The notes beneath the pieces are model-generated. The model was not told the origin of the DNA and searched no databases. It was given only the letters and a program-made list of their open reading frames with translations. This document shows positions 20,123 to 26,302 of a stretch of DNA of 64,000 nt, piece by piece. Source of the DNA: an uncultured virus (IMG/VR IMGVR_UViG_2061766007_000286) (lineage: Duplodnaviria > Heunggongvirae > Uroviricota > Caudoviricetes); the IMG/VR virus record IMGVR_UViG_2061766007_000286. One strand, written 5' to 3'. The translations under genes were made by a program, and so were the position numbers. Position 1 is the first letter of the stretch. Each line of letters begins with the position of its first letter.

Positions 20123-20136
20123 AAAATACTATATTA
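20123..20136 (+). promoter_or_regulatory. AAAATACTATATTA promoter for the main tRNA/ncRNA operon
   Basis: exact motif; TATAAAC also present at 20098-20104. Confidence 0.75.
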
Positions 20137-20245
20137 TGGTTGTGAGGGCGACGACTCTCGATGGATGGTTGACAATCGTGTGTCTTTAGGTGCTATGCCC
20201 TATGCTTAATGCCGATGTGTGGTGACTCGGCGCCTTTCAGAATTT

Positions 20246-20399
20246 TACCCGTCGTCTACTTTTTATATCATTTTTTCCATAGACGGCGGGTGGGGTACCG
20301 GCTTTGTCTTGTTGGCCGGTACCCATCCTCTACGGGCGGTCTGCCAGTGCGTGCCATCCTCTATATGCCCTCCCTCCCAACCGCATTGGCAGACCGTCC
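20246..20399 (+). ncRNA. three abutting long hairpins with large pyrimidine-rich loops
   Basis: 13-bp (20246-20292), 10-bp (20293-20324) and 18-bp (20334-20399) stems; the first and third contain G.U pairs. Confidence 0.55.
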
Positions 20400-20495
20400 A
20401 ATCTTTTTCCCAGGTTTTAGGCCTTTCGTCATACGGCTTTTACCCAGGTTCGACTCCTGGGATGGCGATTTGAGCGCACGGCCGCCTGTGGAATT

Positions 20496-20567
20496 CACCC
20501 TGTAGCTCAAGAAGAAGAGCTTGTGCCGATTAAGCACAGGATCTTGGTGCAAATCCAGGCAGGGTGT
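20496..20567 (+). tRNA. non-canonical tRNA-like RNA (loop CG-ATT-AA)
   Basis: cloverleaf CACCCTG/CAGGGTG, GCTC/GAGC, TGTGC/GCACA, CTTGG/CCAGG; D-loop lacks GG, G at position 33, T-loop TGCAAAT. Confidence 0.6.
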
Positions 20568-20568
20568 T

Positions 20569-20639
20569 GTCCCCTCAAGCCTCTGTCAGCTGACAACTAC
20601 ATTTGCATGCGCCAACAGACATGCTAAAACGGAGGGGAC
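20569..20639 (+). ncRNA. stem-closed ~70-nt RNA with possible pseudoknot, followed by a U-tract
   Basis: GTCCCCTC/GAGGGGAC; GCATG/CATGC hairpin whose loop ACAGA can pair with TCTGT. Confidence 0.45.
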
Positions 20640-20652
20640 TTTTTTTGATACA

Positions 20653-20993
20653 TGGGGCTTGTGGCTGGTTTGCCACCGGTTGAGGTAAAAATCCTCCTGT
20701 CGTGAAGAGCCCTGGTGGAGATTGCAAGCGAAGCCAGGAAAGATAGCGACTGCTCATGCCTGTTCGTCGTAGGATGAGGTGATTCCTATCTGAGATAGTC
20801 CGGAAATATTGACAGCTAACCGCCGAGAACTATCATAGGATGGAATGTATGCCATAGCAACGTAGCCTTGGTCATGCAGCACAGAAATATCAGAGTTAGC
20901 GGCTGTGTGGAAGCCTTGTAGCGAAAGTCTGAAGACGACATGGACATGAGTTGAAATCCGTGATGAAGCAGGTTCAATTCCTGGGGTCCCACC
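20653..20993 (+). ncRNA. ~340-nt tRNA-capped RNA with tmRNA-like architecture (non-canonical)
   Basis: GGGGCTT/GGGTCCC-ACC ends; T arm CAGG-TTCAATT-CCTG with compensatory allele CTGG-TTCGATT-CCAG at about 21055; long-range helix 20753-20768/20934-20950. Confidence 0.5.
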
Positions 20994-21105
20994 CTTTTCC
21001 CGCGTAGCGTATAGCGGTTTCTAGGTCTCCGTGCACCTGTAGNNNNNNNNNNGTCTGGTTCGATTCCAGGGGTCCCGTCCTTTTCCCGCGTAGCGTATAG
21101 CGGTT

Positions 21106-21311
21106 TCTAGGTCTCCGTGCACCTGTAGCCTAGATTAACACAAAAGGTGCTCGACAATCCTAGACATCCCGCTCTGCTTAGGATTGTTCTTACACACGAG
21201 CGGGGATATCTTGGGTGACCGTGCGCATAGTCCAGGATAGATTAACAAGGCGCTCCAAACTTGGGTGTCTCTGTATATCTCACATCCAATGTTTCGACAT
21301 AGAGATATACA
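21106..21311 (+). ncRNA. array of four consecutive H-type pseudoknots
   Basis: TCTAGG/CCTAGA + GCACCT/AGGTGC; ACAATCCTA/TAGGATTGT + CCCGCTC/GAGCGGG; TATCTTGG/CCAGGATA + GCGC/GCGC; TTGGGTGT/ACATCCAA + TGTATATCTC/GAGATATACA. Confidence 0.65.
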
Positions 21312-21314
21312 CTC

Positions 21315-21386
21315 GCGCGTATCGTATAGCGGCTATTACCCCGCCCCTCCAAGGCGGAGACGCCGGTTCGATTCCGGCTACGCGCT
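21315..21386 (+). tRNA. tRNA-Gly(UCC), atypical C33
   Basis: GCGCGTA/TACGCGC; CCGCC-CCTCCAA-GGCGG; GCCGG-TTCGATT-CCGGC. Confidence 0.85.
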
Positions 21387-21398
21387 TTGACAGTTTGA

Positions 21399-21470
21399 TG
21401 CCTCATAACTCAGTGGTAGAGTGACCGGCTGTTAACCGGTTTGTCCCAGGTTCGAGCCCTGGTGAGGCAG
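21399..21470 (+). tRNA. tRNA-Asn(GUU)
   Basis: TGCCTCA/TGAGGCA; ACCGG-CTGTTAA-CCGGT. Confidence 0.9.
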
Positions 21471-21473
21471 TGC

Positions 21474-21562
21474 GAAGTCGTGATGCTCAAGTTGCTCTTC
21501 ATCTTAAGATGCGGAGCTAACAGACCAGAGGACTTGGGTGGGTGCTGGTCCCCGACGACTTC
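21474..21562 (+). ncRNA. stem-closed pseudoknotted RNA
   Basis: GAAGTCGT/ACGACTTC; TGCTCAAGTT/GACTTGGGTG; GACCAG/CTGGTC cross-pairing. Confidence 0.5.
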
Positions 21563-21572
21563 TTTCATTTGG

Positions 21573-21734
21573 GCGACCACCGAAAAACGTCGATACCATG
21601 CCGGAAACACCACATGTTTAGAGCGTGTTGCAACAGCATGGCCTCTCGGCGCTTCGTCAAGTAGCACGATAGGTGCGAGCCCTTAATCCTCCCTTCGTGG
21701 AGGCCCCTGGACCCGCAACGGGTTCGAAGGTCGC
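21573..21734 (+). ncRNA. multibranched RNA, ~160 nt
   Basis: GCGACC/GGTCGC closing stem; CCATGC/GCATGG, CCTCC/GGAGG and GGACCCG/CGGGTTC stems. Confidence 0.45.
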
Positions 21735-21808
21735 GCCCCATGTGGGGCGCGTGAGTTGAAACTGATGTAAAAGCCGAAAGGTTTTCCTATGGGTCTTGGG
21801 TGATGGTT

Positions 21809-21896
21809 TGGAATGGCAAGGGTAATGGTTTTATCTTAAAGTGGGGGTAATTCCACGCCATGAGTATCCGTTCATTGTAACGTCCTTGCCATTCCA
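21809..21896 (+). ncRNA. stem-closed small RNA
   Basis: 14-bp closing stem TGGAATGGCAAGGG/TCCTTGCCATTCCA. Confidence 0.45.
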
Positions 21897-21899
21897 TTT

Positions 21900-21984
21900 G
21901 GAAGTATGGCCGAGTGGTTTAAGGCGGAGATTTGCTAGGTCTCTGGAGGTAACACTCCCGAAGGTTCGAATCCTTCTGCTTCCT
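21900..21984 (+). tRNA. tRNA-Ser(GCU)
   Basis: GGAAGTA/TGCTTCC; GAGAT-TTGCTAG-GTCTC; long variable arm. Confidence 0.85.
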
Positions 21985-22007
21985 TTCAACGATGTATGTG
22001 ATATATC

Positions 22008-22082
22008 GGGCGATTAGCTCAGCCGGTTTAGAGCATCTGTTTTACACACAGAGGGTCACAGGTTCGAATCCCGTATTGCCCA
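22008..22082 (+). tRNA. tRNA-Val(UAC)
   Basis: GGGCGAT/ATTGCCC; TCTGT-TTTACAC-ACAGA. Confidence 0.9.
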
Positions 22083-22091
22083 TTTGAACAC

Positions 22092-22174
22092 GGAGGATTA
22101 GGCTAATTGGTAAGTCAGCGGTCTTGAAAACCGCCGTCCGAGAGGGCTTGGGGGTTCGAGTCCCTCATCCTCCG
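22092..22174 (+). tRNA. tRNA-Ser(UGA)
   Basis: GGAGGAT/ATCCTCC; GCGGT-CTTGAAA-ACCGC; long variable arm. Confidence 0.88.
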
Positions 22175-22177
22175 TTT

Positions 22178-22251
22178 GGAGCGGTAGCTCAGTTGGCTAG
22201 AGCGCTGGTCTGTCACGCCGGAGGCCACGGGTTCAAGTCCCGTCCGTTCCG
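22178..22251 (+). tRNA. tRNA-Asp(GUC)
   Basis: GGAGCGG/CCGTTCC; CTGGT-CTGTCAC-GCCGG. Confidence 0.9.
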
Positions 22252-22287
22252 TTTTGTTCTTGGGGAAACACCGGTTAGTCCCCCAAG

Positions 22288-22351
22288 GGAGCTTAGATAG
22301 GCAAGACCGACGCGACCTTGTCGACAAGCCCACGGAGGGTTTCTAAGCTCC
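22288..22351 (+). ncRNA. three-way-junction small RNA
   Basis: GGAGCTTAGA/TCTAAGCTCC; GGCAAG/CTTGTC; AGCCC/GGGTT. Confidence 0.45.
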
Positions 22352-22362
22352 TTAGAATTCAG

Positions 22363-22435
22363 AGGTCTATAGCTCAACTGGTAGAGCAGCGGTCTCCAAA
22401 ACCGCAGGTTGGAGGTTCGATTCCTTCTGGACCTG
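22363..22435 (+). tRNA. tRNA-Trp(CCA)
   Basis: AGGTCTA/TGGACCT; GCGGT-CTCCAAA-ACCGC. Confidence 0.9.
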
Positions 22436-22440
22436 GTTTA

Positions 22441-22513
22441 GGCGGCTTAGCTCAGTTGGTAGAGCAATTTCCTTGTAAGAAATAGGTCGTGTGTTCGAGA
22501 CACACAGCCGCCT
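22441..22513 (+). tRNA. tRNA-Thr(UGU), atypical body
   Basis: GGCGGCT/AGCCGCC; ATTTC-CTTGTAA-GAAAT; T arm GTGTG-TTCGAGA-CACAC. Confidence 0.82.
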
Positions 22514-22520
22514 CTAATTT

Positions 22521-22603
22521 GGGTCGGTGCCCGAGTGGCTAAAGGGGACGGACTGTAAATCCGTTGGCTTTTGTCTACGGTGGTTCGAATCCACCCCGGC
22601 CCA
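22521..22603 (+). tRNA. tRNA-Tyr(GUA)
   Basis: GGGTCGG/CCGGCCC; ACGGA-CTGTAAA-TCCGT; long variable arm. Confidence 0.9.
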
Positions 22604-22611
22604 TGAATGAA

Positions 22612-22680
22612 GACCGCTCCACTGAAACTCGGTAGCAAGTGGAGACCCGTTGGAATCGAGTTGTCGCGAACGGGTGGGTC
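22612..22680 (+). ncRNA. two-hairpin RNA with complementary (kissing) loops
   Basis: CTCCACT/AGTGGAG and ACCCGTT/AACGGGT hairpins; loops AACTCGGT and ATCGAGTT are complementary; GACC/GGTC closure. Confidence 0.55.
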
Positions 22681-22764
22681 GTTTTCCGTGACCCAGAATC
22701 AGTTGTCTAGGACAACCAAAGTCCCACCTCCAGCGTTCACTGTGTGGGGCAACGGAATACTTTT

Positions 22765-22837
22765 GCCAAAGTAGCTCAGTTGGTAGAGCAGCTGATTTGT
22801 AATCAGCCGGTCGTAGGTTCGACTCCTATCTTTGGCT
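22765..22837 (+). tRNA. tRNA-Thr(UGU)
   Basis: GCCAAAG/CTTTGGC; GCTGA-TTTGTAA-TCAGC. Confidence 0.9.
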
Positions 22838-22849
22838 TTTAACGATCTT

Positions 22850-22951
22850 TCCACTTCCGCCACGGATGCTGGTGGTATAGATGGGTAGGGCGCCCTGTCC
22901 CATTTAGTCGCGGTGATTCCCAGAGCTCTGGAGTTTACGAAGCGAGGTGGA
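22850..22951 (+). ncRNA. multibranched small RNA at the operon end
   Basis: TCCACTTC/GAGGTGGA closure; TAGATGGG/CCCATTTA inner stem. Confidence 0.4.
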
Positions 22952-22978
22952 TACAAGTTTTTCTTAATTCGGCGCCGA

Positions 22979-22992
22979 AAAATACTATATTA
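22979..22992 (+). promoter_or_regulatory. AAAATACTATATTA promoter for tRNA-Ile2 and tilS
   Basis: exact motif 8 nt upstream of the tRNA. Confidence 0.75.
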
Positions 22993-23000
22993 AGAATACT

Positions 23001-23074
23001 GGGACGATAGCTCAGTCGGTTAGAGCCCCCGACTCATAATCGGATGGTCGCCGGTTCAAGCCCGGCTCGTCCCA
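23001..23074 (+). tRNA. tRNA with CAU anticodon, most likely tRNA-Ile2 (lysidine)
   Basis: G1-C72, no three consecutive G-C pairs in the anticodon stem (not initiator), C29-G41 and C5-G68; 47 nt upstream of tilS. Confidence 0.8.
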
Positions 23075-23121
23075 CTACCATTTAACCGGTCGCAAGACCA
23101 ATTGAACGAGAAGGCACACGA

Positions 23122-24111
23122 ATGCGAGATCTCAGCCAGATCCTCGACAGCTCCATCGAGACCATCAATGGAAAATCCATTCTCATCGCGGTCTCCGGTG
23201 GAGCTGATTCCATGTTCCTGGCATGCGCACTCATCGAACTGCGCAACTCGCTCGACCTCAAGTTGGCAATCGCTTCCGTAGACCACTCCCTCAGGGAGGA
23301 ATCCGCGGAAGAACTAGCCTTCGTCCACGACTTCTCCATCGCCAATAAAGTTCCATTCTTCTCAGCCAAGCTCGTCCTTCCCAAGAACATGCCCAATGGC
23401 ATCGAAGCATGGGCACGGGAAGAACGATACAAGGAGCTGGAACGCATGCGCGCAGAATCCGGATGCGACTGGATCGCCACCGCCCATCACAGGAACGACC
23501 AGGCGGAGACCATCATGTTCAAGCTCGGCCGCGGCACCGGCGCCACCGGTCTAATGGGCATCCACGAGATCGACCAGACGCGCCATATCATCCGTCCAAT
23601 CATCAACTGCGATCCGAGGGAGATGCGCGAATACCTGCGCAGCCGCGGCCAGGAATGGCGAGAGGACCCCAGCAACCAGGACACCAAGTATTCGAGAAAC
23701 GAGATCAGGCACGAGCTTCTCCCGAAGTGGGAGTCCATGGAGCCTGGTATCACCGACGAACTCGTCCAGCTTGCCAACAAGGCGAACTCGATTATCCCAA
23801 AAATCTCAAATTGGGCGAAGAACATCTACAGGTTCGAAGAGACCGACCGTGGTTATTCTATCTCTCTCAGCCAGAGTGACATTGCCGAAGACGACGGATC
23901 GCTTCTCAGAATCGCAATGGACGACGTGTGGGGGAAGATGAACGTCGGATACCCCGGGAACAAAAGGTGGAGCCGCATCATCGATTGCGTCGTGAAGAAC
24001 AAGCGCTACTGCGAAGAGATCTCCAGCGGTGTCCGTGTGTGGGTCCGAAGCAGACACAACTCCCCGGTATTGTCCGTCGAAAGGATTGAAGGCGCGCCCC
24101 GCAAAAAATAA
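23122..24111 (+). CDS. tilS: tRNA(Ile)-lysidine synthetase
   Basis: AVSGGADS PP-loop, VDHSLR, AREERY, TAHHRNDQAET, IIRP, EDPSN, RNEIRH. Confidence 0.93.
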   Translation: MRDLSQILDSSIETINGKSILIAVSGGADSMFLACALIELRNSLDLKLAIASVDHSLREESAEELAFVHDFSIANKVPFFSAKLVLPKNMPNGIEAWAREERYKELERMRAESGCDWIATAHHRNDQAETIMFKLGRGTGATGLMGIHEIDQTRHIIRPIINCDPREMREYLRSRGQEWREDPSNQDTKYSRNEIRHELLPKWESMEPGITDELVQLANKANSIIPKISNWAKNIYRFEETDRGYSISLSQSDIAEDDGSLLRIAMDDVWGKMNVGYPGNKRWSRIIDCVVKNKRYCEEISSGVRVWVRSRHNSPVLSVERIEGAPRKK

Positions 24112-24140
24112 CCGGTCGAAGAACTGAATTCTTCGACCGG
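24112..24140. terminator. hairpin between convergent genes
   Basis: perfect 12-bp stem CCGGTCGAAGAA/TTCTTCGACCGG. Confidence 0.65.
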
Positions 24141-24179
24141 CTTATTTGAGTAAGGAGAGTATGGCTTTACCCCGAAACT

Positions 24180-24437
24180 CTACTTCTTGGCCTTCTTGGC
24201 CTTCTTGGCAGGTTCCTTCTTCTCCTCTCCTGGCATTGCCAGAGCGGGGTCGATTTCACCTGCGATCATGAGAGCTGCTTCGGCGACCTTGTCGGCGGCT
24301 TCCAGCAGGTTGGCCTTGGTGTCCTTGTCGGCGAGGTTCATCCATTCAGTGCACTGCTTGATTCGCATGCTCAGCGACTGGGCGTCAATGAAAAGGTGGC
24401 CAAGGTCGAGCATGTTCTGATCTGTGCTGTTTCGCAT
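24180..24437 (-). CDS. small protein with Lys/Ala-rich tail
   Basis: ends PAKKAKKAKK; GGGAG SD. Confidence 0.55.
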   Translation of the reverse strand: MRNSTDQNMLDLGHLFIDAQSLSMRIKQCTEWMNLADKDTKANLLEAADKVAEAALMIAGEIDPALAMPGEEKKEPAKKAKKAKK

Positions 24438-24638
24438 TTTGTCTCCGGGAGTTTTCCAATCCCTTCACATACTATATTAACCCGAAGGCGCGCCGCGTGT
24501 TCGATAAATGTGAATGTAAGCTCAGTATTTACAGTGGTTTGCACCATCGAAACATTTTCGCTGGCGCGCGTGCATAGCACCATAGAAAAATCCTATATTA
24601 TAGGTGTTGCAACAACCACCCTGCAGAGGTAAAAACAA

Positions 24639-25130
24639 ATGTCAACGAAGAAGAATACGAAGAAGACCATCAAGATCGAAGTGACCAAGAAGACCAAGTC
24701 TTCCAAGAAGCAGACCAAGGCGCCTGCCAACAAGAAGAAGGTCGTCAAGGAAACCATCGAGCTCAGCGCACCGGAAGAGTTTCTGGACATGCTGAATGTC
24801 AAGGCACCCGACAAGAAGAAGGTCAAGAAGGCGCCAGCCAAGAAGACGAAGAAGCCAGCGGCCAAGAAGCCCGCCGTCAAGAAGACTTCCAAGAAGGAAG
24901 ACAACGTGACTCAGCTTCCCCCGCCTTCCAGCACCGTCTACGACAACAGCGGCAAGGATCCTTACAAGAAGCCCGAACTTGCTGCCAAGGGGAACGGATA
25001 CAAGACCTGTCAGAACAACGAGCCGACCGGCTGCTGTGCCGCACATGGACTCGTCGACGAAGCCATCAACGCCGGGAACTTCATCACCAAGATCATCGGA
25101 ATGATCAAGGGTCTGTTCAGCAAGAAGTAA
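24639..25130 (+). CDS. lysine-rich, histone H1-like protein
   Basis: KKAPAKKTKKPAAKKPAVKK repeats. Confidence 0.65.
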   Translation: MSTKKNTKKTIKIEVTKKTKSSKKQTKAPANKKKVVKETIELSAPEEFLDMLNVKAPDKKKVKKAPAKKTKKPAAKKPAVKKTSKKEDNVTQLPPPSSTVYDNSGKDPYKKPELAAKGNGYKTCQNNEPTGCCAAHGLVDEAINAGNFITKIIGMIKGLFSKK

Positions 25131-25332
25131 TTGTTGTTGTTTCCTTCTGATTGGAATTGTTCGTACGAACAGGACCGTGGTTGCAGCCGCGGTCCTTTTA
25201 CTTTTGAAGGCGCGCCCGCGGCGAAAGAGTATAAACATATNNNNNNNNNNAAACAGGACCTCGAGCTAGAACTCGTGGTCCTTTTACTTTTGAAGGCGCG
25301 CCCGCGGCGAAAGAGTATAAACATATTGCAGC

Positions 25333-25608
25333 ATGCTCTATCGAAACACCAAAGAAATACTCAGAGAGATCCTCTACCACCCGACGCAGTACAAGGAGTT
25401 CGGGGCAATGGAGAGACTCACCGAGAAAGAACTCGCCTATGTGGTGCGATACAGGTTCGGTTCGTCATACATGACAGGAAGAAAAGTCGCTCACGTGTTG
25501 TTGCACGAGGATCCGATGGAGTTCATCAACAGGCATTTCCAGAGACGGAAACACAAGGACGATCCGAACAGGAACGCATTGCTGCTTCGAGTAGACGACG
25601 ACGAATAA
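25333..25608 (+). CDS. hypothetical protein
   Basis: ORF directly after TATAAAC at 25316-25322. Confidence 0.5.
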   Translation: MLYRNTKEILREILYHPTQYKEFGAMERLTEKELAYVVRYRFGSSYMTGRKVAHVLLHEDPMEFINRHFQRRKHKDDPNRNALLLRVDDDE

Positions 25609-25980
25609 AGTGTCCATGAATTGGGAACGGCGCGCTCCCAAAAATACTATATTACTGTATGGGGAGACGGTTGAAGCGGAAGTTCCGCCAGGTCGTCTCT
25701 GCACAACNNNNNNNNNNCTCGTCATACATGACAGGAAGAAAAGTCGCTCACGTATTGCTGCACGAAGATCCGATGGAGTTCATCAACAGGCATTTCCAGA
25801 GACGGAAACACAAGGACGATCCGAACAGAAACGCATTGCTGCTTCGAGTAGGCGACGACGAATAAAGTGTCCATGATTTGGGAACGGCGCGCTCCCAAAA
25901 ATACTATATTACTTTATGGGGAGACGGTTGAAGCGGAAGTTCCGCCAGGTCGTCTCTGCACAACGTAAAGGTAAAGTATT

Positions 25981-26265
25981 ATGGACATGAATATCGAAGT
26001 TCTAAACATCACTCCAGTCGAAAACATGGGCAAGACCCTGGCATTCTGCAAGATCAAGGTCGGCCCGTTTACTCTCTGCAGCTGTCCTCTGATCGACGGC
26101 GAACACGGCCTGTGGGTCGCGATGCCGGCTCACAACAGGAAGGCCAAGAAGAACTACAACGGAGGCAAGATCTACGAGCCTCTGGTGTGGGTTGAAGACG
26201 ACCTCCGCGAAGACATCCGTCTTGCCGTCGTCGACAAGTGGGAAAAGGAGTTCGCTGGGAGATAA
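25981..26265 (+). CDS. spoVG: SpoVG family protein
   Basis: IEVLNITPV...LAFCKI...LIDGEHGLWVAMP...YEPLV...IRLAVVDKW. Confidence 0.75.
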   Translation: MDMNIEVLNITPVENMGKTLAFCKIKVGPFTLCSCPLIDGEHGLWVAMPAHNRKAKKNYNGGKIYEPLVWVEDDLREDIRLAVVDKWEKEFAGR

Positions 26266-26302
26266 TTCCCAGCGACTTCTTTGCAAGAGGAGTGACTTAA
26301 AG

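Noticed and set aside
20409..20467. Additional full tRNA at CCAGG-TTCGACT-CCTGG
   Set aside because: Only a T arm is evident, with no convincing D or anticodon arm; kept only as part of the ncRNA cluster
21474..21800. RNase P RNA
   Set aside because: No GAGGAAAGTCC or matching 3' P4 strand found
22720..22757. HDV-like/theta ribozyme (GTCCCACCTCC...GGGCAAC)
   Set aside because: Could not build the P1/P2 nested pseudoknot; no matching P2 3' strand and not positioned at a tRNA 3' end
19866..23074. Stop-codon recoding or suppressor tRNA
   Set aside because: No CUA, UUA or UCA anticodon found; long genes translate intact in the standard code and TAG terminates genes such as the DNA polymerase
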